Assembly (NCBI RefSeq): GCF_037042905.1
Contig: NC_087251.1
Location: 27,282,001 to 27,346,000 of the forward strand
From: Lytechinus pictus
Lineage: Eukaryota
Length of the DNA: 64,000 nucleotides
Direction: 5' to 3'
A model generated the notes under the pieces. It did not search any database. It was given only the letters and a program-made list of their open reading frames with translations, and was not told where the DNA came from. Made by a program: the position numbers and the translations under genes. Numbering within the stretch: the stretch's first letter is position 1; the number at the start of each line of letters is the position of its first letter. Of this stretch, positions 37,662-52,849 are shown piece after piece.

Positions 37662-40367
37662 GCTGGCTGATGAGATTTGCAAAATTTAGCATTATAATAT
37701 TATCACTCAGTGAGAATACTGATTATATGCACATTCAACATTCTAATGATTTTTTTTTCCAAAGAACCACTTCAGAATAATCAGCACTATAACTACATGT
37801 ACCGGTAAATGAAATTTCCGATGAGATATGAAAACGAATACAAATAATAACATGTTGTCCCATTGATGTGCACTTGGGAAATTTGTATACTATTCTGCCT
37901 TGTCCAGTATGTACATGTATGTGTATGAGAGATCAGTGCCCTTTGTTACATAACAATACAGTTTTAATATTTACATGTATATAATCAATTGTAGACAAAA
38001 ACATTACAGTCCAGATGGTAGTAGAGTATGTATATAAGCAGTTATTGATTTGTATTGGACCTGGTAAGTTGTGTTTTTCAGTGGGTGTTTTCATGTGTGC
38101 ACATCTTGTTCAGATTGTGAATTTGTTGAGGCCATCTAAAATTAGGGTCATTCATTACCGTTTGTATTTTTGTTGTTGTGCATGTAGCAGGGACTCCTCT
38201 TATTATAGAGCAATGCGCGCACTGGTTACACATGAAGTGGAGATTTTGGGTCAGCTCGACACAAGTGTCTTCTGCCTATGATTCATTGTATGTTCTTCCA
38301 TGCCATTTGCTAGTGTTATTAACTCCATTTTTCACATGGGGGGGGGGGGGGGGGGGGGTTGATGAGAGAGGAAAGTTGTTGGTTTAACTAGATTAATTGT
38401 CAATTGAATCATAGTATTTGTTCTGAAGACCTTGAACATGCATTGTAGTTCTCCAGTTTGCAATTCTGTGTAGTATTTCAGGACTTTTGTAGTATGATGC
38501 ACACTGCAAAGGACGACAGTCCTTTAATATACTACATTTACATTTTCAACTACAAGTATGTACATGTATTTATTTTCCTGTCTGTCTGTCAGTCTGTTTG
38601 AGGGTACTTATTGATATCAATTCCTCCATTTGTGACAGTATTACATATGTGTCATATATGCGATGAGTAAATGAGCATAGCTGACTACCTGTAAATATGT
38701 CCATTTGAAAGGCGAGGATGAGATGCCACTTGTGTGGATAGAAGCATTATTGTATTACACGTAGAGAGTTTTTGGTGCTGCATATCAGTGTTACATGTCG
38801 ATGGTGTGTTGAGTAAATAGTGCGAATGTCTGAAATCCATGAGCTGTCTTCCTGAAGCATGAGTAGTTGGCATCCGAGGGGAAGGATAGAGAGTTGTTCA
38901 AGGCAGGCAAAAAATATTCTTTTTATTTTCAGGGGCTACTTTTCACAACTTACTGCCTAAACTTGCAACATTGGATAAGCTGTAATGTTTGCACAATAAA
39001 TGGGGATTTCCAGGGCTCATTTTCTTAGTTTCCACCTTCAGGGGTCTTTTTAGCATTTCGGGGACTAGATCGCCCCCAGCCCTTGGGTAGTTTTTTTCTC
39101 TGGATCAAGGAGTGAAAAGGGGAAGGGGAGTGGGACAGGGAGGGTGGTAGATGATTGATGGATAGGGAATTGTAGGGGGGAACTGGGAAACTGAAAAAGC
39201 TATTAAAAAGGGGATGGGTAAGGGATAGGGGGAGAGATGGGGAGTGAGGGGGAGCTTGAGATAGTATACTACATGTACATGAACCAGTCACAATAACTCT
39301 AAAATGAGAGAATAGTACTTACATGTAGGTTCAGTGAACCAAATCTATTGTTTTGTGCTTGTTATAGTGTAATAGAAAGTAAAAGAATTGTGGAGGGACT
39401 GTGATGATATACTGATTCAAGTGTAGGCCTACTATCTGCAGACCTAAAATATTTTAAGGCCAAAAGCCAAAATATGGCACTTTTCCATATTATAGCACAT
39501 GTTTGAAAAAAGTCTCCCAAGGCCAATGAGATGGGTTTTGGGGCCAGTCTACATTAGGGCCTTTAGGGCATCTACGTCCAGCCATGGCCTTCTCTTGCCT
39601 TGAAATAATTTAGACCCTGCTCCGTGTACATTAATTGACACACTCAGCTACATGTATATTTACCTGTAACTTGTATGAGTTGTAGGTTAAGCACTGCGTG
39701 TGTTCCATCTAATTTATCAGTTATCATGAATTTTTTATTGGTTTCTCTTGCTGAAGTGGGTCACTACAGTAACTACAAAATCAGCATTTACTGCAGGCTT
39801 TTCCTTTATTCATGAAAGTCGGGAATGATCTTAATCTCTGTACAATTGTAAGTGTAGAACTTCACGAATTGCTGATAGGGGTTTCCATTTTACATCGCTG
39901 TGAAATGCACCACTTCCTTAATACAGGTTGGTCATCTTGGGGAATTCCTGGTAATCTTCATGCACAATGCATAGAGACATCCTGGAGGATTCCGGGTTTA
40001 ATATTCTATGGCATCGTCTCCTGTCAAAGTTATAGCGGGGATGACACCTTGCTTGTCTTGGGCACTTCCTCGCCTGCGGAATATTATATTGGGACTCACT
40101 GATATGGTTCAGAGTTTGGGATGTACATGTTTTGCATTTTGTTGATCTGCATGAATGCAGTTTACTTCAGTATTGAGATGAAGTTATTTTTTTCTCCCTT
40201 AACTACCGGTATATTAATTAGCTGTTACAAAAGTTGGAACTAATCAAATATTAATATCAATTCTAAGCAATGCATTGAGATTTCTCTTTAATAAATCAAA
40301 ACTCAATCATGTTTATTCAATAAAGGTTGTCCCACATTCTGCAAGCATTTTGAGCGTAGAAACATTA

Positions 40368-40424
40368 TAAAGTTAATACAAATATGTCAACATGTAACAT
40401 GTTGACATATTTGTATTAACTTTA
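40368..40424. repeat. Perfect palindrome, 28-bp arms, 1-nt spacer
   Basis: taaagttaatacaaatatgtcaacatgt-a-acatgttgacatatttgtattaacttta. Confidence 0.95.
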
Positions 40425-41013
40425 GATGTCAACATTTAACATGTTTCACAAAAAATTAAGTATGGCCACTTAATTTTTCTGTTGCATGCAGTATCAATAA
40501 CCCACCTCTGTCTTGGCCAGATTATATGCAGTGGACTTGTTCTGCTGCGCATTCATCAATGAGATTACATGTTGAATATCATGTGTGTGGGAGTTTTATA
40601 AAAAGCACCAGTCATACTGAACGCTGTGTGGGCACCGCCCGGGGACCTGTTGCAATTTGCTATCAAATGTAACGCTAAAATTCACTTGCAAGTCTAAATT
40701 GTACATTATGTACATGTACAGTGGTATGTAATTGGATGAATGTACAGGTTGTATTTGATTTTAATGCCTTTTTTGTTTGTTTTACAGGGCTACAGAGGAC
40801 TTGAAAAAAAAAGGATTCTGGTAGTATCAAACTGTACTTGTGTTCCCCCGAGTTTAGTCGTCAAACCATCTTTCTGAAAGGAAGAGCAATAATTCTTAAC
40901 TTTGAGGCAATAATCATCCACCAGCACTCTGTAAATACCACCAGAAGGGGGCTGAAGTAGCTGAGTACTTGAAAGTTTTCACTTCCCAAAGAGACCGAGA
41001 ACAGCAAGCAAAG

Positions 41014-41091
41014 ATGGAGGATCAAAACGACATGAACATGCGCTCTGAGCTGGAGGAGATCCAGATGCAGTCTAACATGATGACCGATGAG
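41014..41091 (+). CDS. SNAP25: SNAP-25/SNAP-23 family t-SNARE, first coding exon (exon 40788-41091); rest of gene lies beyond the window
   Basis: MEDQNDMNMRSELEEIQMQSNMMTDE versus human SNAP25 [24 protein letters not shown]. Phase-0 donor GAG|gtgagt after DE, as in vertebrate SNAP25. Strong acceptor tttgttttacag at 40787; the 226-nt leader has no ATG. Confidence 0.92.
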
Positions 41092-44000
41092 GTGAGTGCA
41101 AATTGACAAAACTTGTCATTCAGAATAATTCTTAAAATAGTTATCAAAATGATAATATTAGCAATATAATGGAAGTAAAGATACGGAGGGGAGCAGGAGG
41201 GGGTGGGTTAGATAATTTGAGTGGAGGTGAATTGCTGATGGTGAGGGGGGGGGGGGCAGGCAGTAGTGGGCAGCCTGGTATATCGTAGTGGGGAAGCAGA
41301 CGAGCAGAGAGGATTTAAAGAAGATAAGTAGAGGGGTAAAGGAGGAAAAGAGAAGAAGGGGTGTGGAGACTTGTGTGGGAGGTGGTGAGAAGAGCAGAGG
41401 GGGGGGGGGGGTAAGGAAAGCTGATGATGAGATAGGGGGAGGGTAAGAGAAGGATGGTGAATAGAACAAAAAAAAAAGATGTTCATGTATGATTCTTAAG
41501 TCACACCGGCAAAACCATTCCCAAACAGACAAAACAATTTTGCGTATGCTGATACTAAAACAAGTTTGGAGGCGGTTTGGTTGATGTGACTCGGCATTGT
41601 TGATGTAGTGAAGTGACGTAAAGTAACATACACAGAGTACTTATAATTTCAGTTTTTATGCATCGCATTGGGAATCCTCACACTTCAATTGACTATTGTG
41701 TGTGGATTTCCTCCACGAGCAGCTTCTGTCTTGGCATTGATATAATATCATTTCATTGTGCAAGTTATGTAAATCCATTATGACAGTTGAATTGCTTTAC
41801 ACATCGCTTGATTACAAGATGTAAAAATGGAAGCTTGATAAAAAAGAAAACAACACTTCGGATAAGGAGTTGGAAAAAAAAGACAATTTATTTATACTTT
41901 ATGCTGTAACTAAAGGTAAACATCACTTTGCATTCACAGTCTCACAGAGACAGCTCACCCAACGTGCAAAAAACACTTTGCAATGTACAATTAACAGGAT
42001 ACATATCCTGCTTTCCATTTGGACATATAAAACGAAAATAAAACCTTTTTTTTAATGGATAATTTGATATTCCATTAAAATAATCTCTTACCACACATGT
42101 GTGCACAATACTATGTTCACTGTACATGATTTCTATGAAAGAGGGAAAAGTGTATTTATAATAACCTGCTAATTGAGTATCACTCAGTATGGGTGTCTCG
42201 TTTAGTCGTAGTGTAATGACATTGAATAATTTATAATGCATTAACATTGCTGCTTACAAATGCTGTCAAGCTCAGATAGAGTATTGTGCTGTTAATAGTA
42301 CATGAAGACTGACTCCATGTATATTTATAATGGAATCAAAGTTACAACCAATCAATCCTTTACAATACATAATATACATCACCCCGTCATCACAAATCGG
42401 TCTTCAAAAAGGGTCAACACTATTTTTTGCTTAATTTTTGAAAATTTTGTGTACCTGATGGGCCACCAAAGACTATGCAGTATGATGTAATACTGTCTTA
42501 CATGTCTAGTCAGCTGAAGCGAAGAGGAGAGATTTGACATAATTTTAGATTGAACCTGACAAGGTGTAACAATAACGGTTTTAGTTGAAATTAAGATATT
42601 TTGTGATAAAGGTCAGGAGAGCTTTTCATCATGCACCTTGTTTCTGTTTTTTATACAAACAAATTAGCATTCAGCCAATCAGGGAAAGGAATTTCAGTAA
42701 CTCTTCACAATTTATAGTGAAAATCACTGACAAATGATGTTACAGGATGAACGGCTCCACAGGTTGAAGGAGCTATCTGCATAAGATATGAACATATTGT
42801 AAAATCCTGTAACCATTCAATTTGGGCAAAATGAGATATCATTGGCTGTTGTATATTCATTTAATCATGGGTCACTTTACCCTTGCTTTATGTATGTAGA
42901 TTCAGTACAAAGGCCCTTCTGTAGTCTGGTATGCAGGTAAAATTACCTTCTAGAAAATTTAATGCTTCATCAGGCACACAGGTAGGGTTTGGTGTGCATT
43001 CTCTCATGCATCAAAGCTCTTTGTGGAACACTACTTTTGCGAGGGAATCGTGTTGACGGGTTCTTGACCTAATTGCGTCTAAATGAGAAGTCTTTACAGA
43101 AAGTGTGTGAATTGGTCAAAATAGAGAAAATAGGTTAAACTAGTACAAAAAAGGAATTAAAAGAAGTGTATAGATCTACATTTACAGTCTCATTTAGACA
43201 TCTATAAATTATATTATGCATGAAAATGTAATATTTATAAAATATATGCGTACATTGTGTAGTAAAATTTCTTTGATTCATTCAATATGTGTGCATGTAT
43301 GCGCATGTTGTTTGTATTCATGATCATACATAAAAGATGAGATAGGCAGGTGGCCACATTGAAACCCTGTTGATGAACTCTGAGAAGCCATCCACCCAAC
43401 AGAGTAAAGTGATGTTAATGAGACTGATAATGCCATTATACTTCACCTATAATGGATCGGATTACCATCCGATCCACCCTCATCCCTTCTCACTCAATTC
43501 CATCATCCATCTCTAACTCCTCTTTCCAACTCTCTCTTGTTCATTCTTCCTCTCTCTTCCCCTCTGTAGCTCATTCTTATGTCACATTCCTTTACATTTT
43601 GTCTCCTTTCCTTGTCCTGTAACGCATGTATTACCCCTCTTTCCCTCTGAAATATTTTCTAGCCCTTTTATCTCCATTTGCATGTGGATAAAGTTATCAA
43701 CCTATCTATCGCTCATATCATTTCTTATTCCATCTACATTCCTCTTGTACATGTATACACACATCTTGGCGTCTTTATTCTCTATAGCACCACTCTCATT
43801 CACATTCCACCACCACTGCCGACCTTTTCTCCCTGTCTCCCTTTTCTCCCATTTCTCTCCCTCTTTTCCTGTCTTCCCTTTATGCTCTCTCCATTATTTC
43901 TGCTCATTTTCCTATATATCCAACACCTCTTCCCCTCACTCACTATCTAGACAATCTACCACTATCTACCAAGACAAGAGTGATGCTGCTAAGATGTCAT

Positions 44001-46339
44001 TGAACATTTAGTCATTAGTTAGAGCCTATCATGGTCACTTTTAAGTGGTGTGCATTTAGTCACATTACGTTGATGGTGCTACAGATTGGTATCAAGCCAA
44101 TTGAGTACATTTTAGATCACTTTCATAGTAATTGGAGGATTTGATTCATTGTGATGTTGCTTAGTAAGTTGATGGAGAATAGATTAAGGTTGCTAATGTT
44201 ATGCTCAAAATTTTGCCACAAATTTTTATGCTATGCCTGTTGTGGATGCATTCCTGAAATCATTTGTTGTAAAATCAGATATTCCTTCTATCCTAGAAGA
44301 GTATGCAAACAAGACTCAATGAACATGGTCAAAGCCTTAAACTGTAAACGGTTAACTGTCCTATGCCCTAGTAATGACCAAATGTTTTTGATATTCCCCA
44401 GGGAAAAAGAAATTACATGTAGTACCCATTGTGCTTGATTCATGTATTACATAACAATGCTAAAGTAATCATAGAGTTGATTTTGTATTAAAGGCATAAT
44501 AACATGCTGTACTAAAACATCAAAATTTAAGCATTACCGGTATATTGAGAACCAGCTGTTTCAACTCCTGCCCCCCCCCCCCCCCTGCAGAGTGGTTTCT
44601 TTACTCGATCCTGCACTTTGATCCTTTTTCATTTGAAATGTAGACTTGATTCCCCCAAGTTACAAAAATAATATTGAAAATAAGATTTACATGTATTAGA
44701 AATGTGACAGTAATGGAAGGGTAACTTACTGTTGAAATGGTGAAAACCCTTTATCATGATTTCTTTCACATTCCGACCGCAAAAATTTACTTTTGTTTAT
44801 AAAGAGAATACATTTTGTTCAGAAATTCTCAGGTATCTTCCCATCGGAATGAAAAGAGCTGCAAATTGTTTTCACCTTTTAGAGACTGCAACCCCTTCTC
44901 TTGCGTTGGAGTGTTTGTTATCATGGCAAGTACCTTGCCTTGAGGCTCTTGTGAGACCCATACTCTTATCTATGATTAAATGCCTTCTGCACATCCCAAA
45001 CCAATCCATCAGTCTCCTGGGTCCCTGTTTCATAAAATGTTGTAATCAGTGGGATGTATCAAGCAAATTATGTACAAGTTACTGTAACAAGCTTTGTTAT
45101 CAATAATGAATTAACAATTATAGGAAATATGAGAGAAGTACATGTATGCTTCCATCCAACCAAGTGGCATGATCTCAGTAGCTTTTAGCTGTACATGTAC
45201 ATTATGTCTGCACTCTGACTCCTGTGAACATTTAGCCGAGTCTCATAAAATGCAGAAAATGTCAACCCCATTAACGATAAATTCCACTCTGCAGATCTGA
45301 ACTCATTAAAAGTGATCATTAATTTTCATTTCTCCTCAATTGCATTTATCTTTATTGTCTTGAAGCAGCACTTACTCTGGTAGAATTCTATAGACTACAT
45401 GTATAAGCTTCAAACAACTTTACACTCACAAAATAGGAAAGCCAATACCTGTGTAACCAAATTTCTATCTACATGTACATGTATACTCTTTAGACAAAAG
45501 TAGGCAAAACTAACCCAAACAAGAATCATATTCAGACTTGTTGGTGTCATATGAAATTTGAGTCTATGAGCTTTCCAACCTATCCCCCTTCCGAAAATAT
45601 TATTTTTATTTTACCATTTACCATTAAAGCATGGAAAGGGCAAATGATAATTTATTACACTACAGTGTATTTGGATATGAAAATTCTCTTGAGGTACCTG
45701 TTAAAGGATATTGTTCAGTATCTTTGATTACCCAATTACAATTTGTACATGTATATGGATATATTTCTAATTTTATGTGATATATTCAGCTATAAAGCAT
45801 CTTGCAGTATATAAACAACTCTCCTTCAGAATAACAGAAACCCAACCTTGTAATCATACCCCAGTTGACTAATCTCATATGGCAGTAATTTTAAGTACAC
45901 AGCAGGGAATGGTGCATCAGAAGGCACATCCAAATGAACAGTGTGGCTGGCACTTAGCACTAATGTCCTAACCGCTCTAGGCTCTGCTTGCCCGGCTTAT
46001 AGTCCAATTGAATTAAATATGAGGATGAAAATTATGCAAGGAGGCCGTGTTGGAGGGAGGAATGCATCCATTTTATGTATTGGGATGGTAGCGAGTGAGA
46101 CCGGCTACATCTTTGCGTAATTAGTTGGATTTTTCTGCCGTGACAAGAATACCACCTCACGCTGCACTAAAATTGCATCTCGTGTTCATTTTTTAATTGG
46201 ACAAAGAGATGAAGAGACAAATTATGTTAGCTTTGTACATGTATAAGGCTGATTTGGAATGCAATGCGTGGATCCGTATTTAACTCATTCCTTCTTTAAG
46301 TATATTGTGAAATTTGTTCTGATCTTTACTTTGGTTCTT

Positions 46340-46432
46340 AGAGTGATGATGATGGGGATGTAGACAACAATCATCATGATGATGAAAATGATGATAGCGA
46401 TGATGATGATGATGATCATCATCATCATCATG
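46340..46432. repeat. (GAT)n/(CAT)n microsatellite
   Basis: gatgatgat...catcatcat. Confidence 0.85.
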
Positions 46433-49400
46433 TGACTTGTAAGCTGTTGTGTCCATGTGAACACATGTGATCAAGGCATCACATGAGAAGGAAACAAAAT
46501 GATACATGAGAGTGATCAATTACTTAAACCTCAATTGAGTACACTTGGAGTCAAAGCTATACCAGGGCAGATATTATTTCAATCTAGTATCATGTTTTCT
46601 ATACAGATTCTTGCTTTCCTTCTTGCGATATAAAATGTATCCCAGAAAAAATGAAACTGAGAATCCTCAATGTTTTTTATTACTTTACCACAAATTATTG
46701 CAAAGCTTGGAGTATCTTCTTTAATTTGGTATAAATCATCTGATACTCTTTTTATGCATCTTCAGGTACAAACCAGTTGAATAACTTAAATACCAAAATG
46801 TTATTTGGCAAATGGTACAGTATCTTAATTTAAAAAAGAATATCACCTGTCTCAAAATTATATAGAGCTCTGCTATTTCATATTATCATACATGTACATT
46901 AATCTGAGAAAATGTCCCAGGCGTTGCAAAGTTCTGTTTCTTAGAATTTTAAGACAATGCTTGAATATAAAGAAAGATATCTTCTATGGCTGTCTGTTAA
47001 TTTTATACTCAGTCACCCATTTTGTTGAAGATAAGCCATGCATAGTGCTAAATCGTTATTAGACTGTTCTATACTATGGTGTGCATGCAGTGGTTATGCA
47101 TTAGTTTAATGAAATTATGGAAATGCAAGCATTAAGTTAATTAGGTAGTTTTTTGTACCCTGCTTAATTTTGCTGATTTGGATGTCACATGAAGAGGCAG
47201 AAAATGAAAAAAAAGCCATTGCCACACCTTGATCATAAAATCAAGATTATGCTAAATTTTCCTTTTTCAGAGATACACATACATGTACTTTTAATATTTA
47301 CAATATTCCTTTCTCATTTTAACAATTTCCTTTTAGTCACATTGCTTGTAATATAAAGATAATTTTGGTTTTGTCTTTTTCTTGGATGCACTGTACACGT
47401 ATGTATATCAATCCACTCTGTTTTTTAATGGCAATTTACATTTTACTCTCATTGCCTTAAGCATGTCTGTAAATTAATATACATGTAGCACTTTCTGAAT
47501 CATAAATTTGTATGCATGTATACCAGCTGTATTATTATAGCCTAAGGAAATATGCATCAGAGAGATAGATCTGCGTGTCTATTTCCAGAATCAAGTACAG
47601 TTGTTATCATTATGGAAATATTTGTACATCCTTTTTATGTATAAAAGCTATTAAACTTGGACTGGGTATGAGTATGGCTGTGTTCAATTAAAAAAATGTA
47701 GGTTGCAAACATAAAATGTTACCGTACTTGGTAGTTGGTATACATCACTTACATTGTAATACAACAAATCTCAACCATTTTCCCATTTCTGGATATGAAA
47801 GCCTATGTACATGTACACTTGGAATGAAAGAAAAACATCATTTAATGAAAACCTGCTTGAAAACTCTCCCACAGTAACTATGATTATGATATTTATGTTG
47901 AATTAAAGTTAACATTTGTTTAAAGCATTATATATGATCATTTCAATGCACCTAATAAAAAATTAATTTGAATTCATATGACATTAGTTCAATATCAATC
48001 ATAACAATGGTGTGTGTTTACATTGTATTTTTTTTACTTTTAAAGTTTAAGTTTTCTATATTTGTTTGTTATTTTGCCTACATGTAGCTTGAGAAAATTG
48101 CTTGAATGCATCCAATGTTGCATAAATTTCTGCTATCCTTGCTCCAGGCAATTCCCTTCCCTAATGTGAAGAAAAAGCATTGGCTCCTTTTTAGAAAATG
48201 TTTCCAGAGTAGAGTCTGAAAGGTCATTAGAGGATTAAATGTTGCTGTCAAAATAAGTTGTAACCAACTGAAGGAATGTTTTTGGATACCAAAGAGGTTG
48301 GGGGCAGCTTGATCTGAATTTTTTTAAATCTTTGATCTTTGATCAAATTATCAATTAACCTATTTTATTGAGACTTGTGATTAATTAAAATCTTAGCTTG
48401 AGATTTATTCTAACCCCAGTTTACCGTATACAGTATCACCACGGGAAATTGTAATCAAATTTGGTCTATCACAACTCTTGTTAAGAAGGGCCTGAGGTAT
48501 ACATCCTGCTGTTCCTGCATTTTCCAAGTTAGCATGAAGGGAATTTTATTTCATTGCATATTTATTCAAAATTTCATGAATGGACTGACCATGCCATCAG
48601 CATAGGGACATTGCATCATTTGCATGTACCCTAAATACATGTTGGTCAGGGTTCAGAGGGCCTACTTTTAAAGATTCTATTCAAATATATGAATGTAGGC
48701 CTATATATAATCTCTCACACATTTACATATCTGTTTTGAGTACCCTTATTTCTGAGGGATGATGACTCGTTTGAGGGAATCACTTTCTTTGATCGGAAGG
48801 GAAATGAAGGATGGAAATGGGTGAAAGTGACATGCTTGAGATGCTTTTATAGGTTCTACTGATGATTGTCAAATATTGGATGGATAGAATTGATGGATTG
48901 GGATTCTTACACCTTGGGCTAGTCATTAGTTCTCTTCACACGGTGGAGTTAAACTTCAAGTTAATGCCAAAACCTATTCTGCAAGGTCTTTTACCCAGTC
49001 ATCGGATTCTGCCTTGCCTGCATTGGATGCTGGCTTGTCTGCATACCGAGTGTATGCGCAGTGTCCGTTCCCAAGGAGGTGAATGTTCATTGAAGCCCAA
49101 ACTTGGGACACTTGATAACTTGATAAACCAAACAGGAGTTAAGAATGTTAGTGATTAATCAGTAAAAATGATATAGTAATCAGCACTATTTACCTGAAAA
49201 GTAATAGGCCCTATTGATGATTGAAAAACATTGTATTTTTTATGAAGTTGTTGACAAATTTCATTAATCATGGTTCCAATGGCCACTCAAACCTCCACAA
49301 AAAGTATTTGTCATTTTTGGCATCAACCAATTTGTTTGTGCCGTGTAAAGAGACAATCTTTACGACTTACATGTAGATGTATTTGGCCAGTTCATCTTTA

Positions 49401-50989
49401 GCCATGTCTTGAACCAGTTTTGGCATTATGCTTAATACATGTACAGTAATCCCTTTGGGATGATATATCAAAGAGTTTGATGACTACAATAATATAATAC
49501 AATAAGGTCATTCACATACCTGTACAGAGATGTCCATTGCATTAATATTTGTCAAGTTATACATTTATTCATTATTATCCATGAATGACATTATCCCTAG
49601 TTGCCTATGACTTACCCTGCTTTATCCCAAGATAATGATAATGAGATAAAATACATATAAAACATCTATATTCATATATCTAGAAATAATATGATGAGAG
49701 ACATATTGTGAAGAATTTACAATGCATAATTCATATACCTGTAGGTTACATGCACTTCATGTACATTATACCATTCACTAAACAATGTTAAATTACCCAG
49801 TTTGATATTGCAGGACTTTGTTTGCCAAGCACATTCATGGCAACCTTTTAGCCTCATCACTATCTAAGCTAGCTTTTGCAAGAAATGTGCTGTGGTTGAC
49901 GCTCTATTGATTTATCTGGCCTTGTGAAATTAGCATATGATCGCTGCTGCGTTCACAATTAGGGGTGAATTTGCAAATAAATGCCCTGCATCTGTCAACT
50001 AATTGAAATTTTCATACCATGTGCTATGCTAATGGTATTTTGATAACGGTTATTGTCTGCTTTTTTAATACCGTAACTGGTTTTAATCTCCTGCACTGAG
50101 GGTGTTATTCGGGTTTTGCTAACTATCTATTAAAAGTATGTACATGTAAGAATGAAAGTGGTTTTTCTTTGCACACATTATATGATTTTTTCATAGATAT
50201 TTCCTGCAACTTTCTATAGCTATTGGTACATGTAGCCTACACAATAATGCAAATTTTAATCAAAATTGATTGTAAATGATATGTTTACTCATACCAACTT
50301 CTTCAGCGAAAATATTTTTATTGTACTGCACTATGCAGTCCATATTGTTATTGATGGAATCTATGAGAGATTATTAAATTTTCATTAATTCTATTCATTT
50401 TATTAATAGATATAAATAGGATTAATGAATATGATTATTTACATAATTTAGCACTGAATATACAACAAAAGTAAAATATCAAAATATCAGCCATGTTAAG
50501 TTTGATGACTTTCTATATATAACACTACATGACCATTTTGTGACATTTTGCTCTGCATTGACTATTGATTGATGACATCTGCATGATAATTTTCAAGCAG
50601 GAAGTTACATACCTCCAGTTGTGTGTGTGCTTGAATATTTATTTGATTTATCGATCGTGTTATAATATTTCGAACATGTACACTGTACCAACAAAGAGAA
50701 GTTCCTGTTGTGATGCCATACATTAATTGGTGACCACTGTTAATGGGAGACATCAGAGATATCAATGAATTTGGATTAAATCAAGAAATATGACAAGCGT
50801 ATCCTCTAATTTTACTGATATATTAAGTAAGGTTTAAATTTGAATCTCAGTTTTGTGAGAAAGCTAAAGAAAACTTAACATTTGCTCGCTGATAGATTTT
50901 TTTAAAGCATGAATTGTTATGAGCACTTTAAACAGGAATGGGGAGAAAAAAATCATGTGAATCCAATCAGACAGATTCCAGTGTTTTCG

Positions 50990-51112
50990 GCATGATGGAC
51001 TCGGACCTACTGTGAACCAGAACGTCCAGGGTTCGAATTCTGCCACAGGGCTTGTGTATTTTGGCAAGACATTTATCTCCATTTGCTTCTTCCCATCCAG
51101 GTGTCAATGGCT
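50990..51112 (+). mobile_element. Degenerate tRNA-derived SINE fragment
   Basis: ggttcgaattc B box followed by ggcaagacatttatctccatt...ccaggtgtcaatgg core. Confidence 0.6.
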
Positions 51113-52849
51113 ATACTTGTTAAACACCAAGCAATTTTGATAATCCTACAGATGCTGTGGATCAGGGGCTAAGTCCTCAGACTGTGAACTACAGTACTTT
51201 AATATAAGGCCTTTAATTCAAACCCACTGTAAAACATTCAGCTAAATTTGACACTCTCGATCAAGGTTGTAAACAGATGTCATCGTATTAGATGCTGAGA
51301 ACACTGTTACATGAAAGCCAAGCAGAAAATATTGAAGCACTTTTCAAAGCCACTTGCTTTGTTTAACATAAACATCCAATACAGAATATTGTCTGTACTT
51401 GTATCTTTATGATATGAGTAAGAGCCAACCATTAAGTGCATTTTCTCGACTTCCATACCCCCCCTTCCCTGTTTCTAATTGAGTATTCCCATTCAAGATT
51501 TTGACTCTCAATGCATATTACATGTACATCGGAGAAAGGAATTCTCACTATTTTTGAAGGCTCTCCAATTCTTGAGGGCACATGCGTTCTTCTTTTTTCT
51601 ATCAATTGAGCTATTTTTGTTTTGGAATTTAGGAATTCCGATAGTTTGATTTTTTTCCCAAGCTGTTGTAATCATATTGTTCAAATTAAATACATCTTTA
51701 TGTTTATGTGCCTTTTGGTAAATCTCTTGATATTTGAAAGCTCTTTGTAAGCTATATTTATTGTGTTTTGTTGATGAAAAATAACTTTCACAAAGTTTCA
51801 GTGCGTGTAAACTGAATTTGTGTCAATATCAGAGACTTGCACAGATGCACTGAACATTACCAGCTTTAAATTGAATGCAGCTTGGGTCATTAATTATTCA
51901 TTCATTTCATCTAGTAATTGCAGTAATTGAAAGGAGGATGTAGTAATTAATAATAGTTAAATCTTTGTTTTAAAGGACCGGTGCTCTGCCACTGATAAAT
52001 TTCAACATGCTTTGGAAGCATTCAAGACATACCTGATTTCCAGGGTAGAACATTAAAAAGGGAAAGTGATTTTCGCTAGCACAATATGTACATTCTGTCC
52101 AGTTGCAATACATACCGTACATACAATATTTCATATTAGTTTGAAGCCATCTTATTCTGAAGGAGAGGGCCTACTTCGTAAGGTCTTCTCTGAGGGACTA
52201 GGGGACTCCCTTCAAGCTGTTGGTAAATTTGTTTACACTTTTTTTTCTCTCTTTTTTTTAATACTATGTGTACACAGCAAATCTGTGCACCACAACGCAT
52301 AAACTCTAGATGAACACAGCATGACCTACATGTACATACATTATACTGAATGTACAGTGCAGCTAATATTGTGTGCATAGGAGATACACACAGTCATCAC
52401 AGCCAACAGACTTTTTGAATTGGAGAAAACTGGTCATAAAGCTTAACCTGTCTCGCAGGCGGGTTCTCAAGATCAGGCTAATAAATTGCTGCTTGTATCT
52501 ACATTACAGCTTTTCATCCTATATTGTGGTCTTTTTCAGGGTTTTTGAGGACAAATAAAGGCACTCATACACATGTTTCAACTCAGTTTGAGAATTTTTT
52601 AAATCAGCTGCTCACAAAGTGAAACGATCCCTGTAATCCATCATTTCAAAACTTTCATCGTTGATTTAAGACACATTCATTTCTAGAAGGTGACATATAG
52701 TTATGTAACATTTGTTTATCTGTCAGATATTTGCATTTGATGAATAAATTACAAGAAACAACATGACACACCTGAGTAACCCGATCAACATTTATTTGAC
52801 GCTTAAATGGTTTCAAATTATCTTCATTCTTCACTCGCATTGAAAGTAC

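Noticed and set aside
46280..46519. His/Asp-rich ORF
   Set aside because: Product of a (GAT/CAT)n microsatellite.
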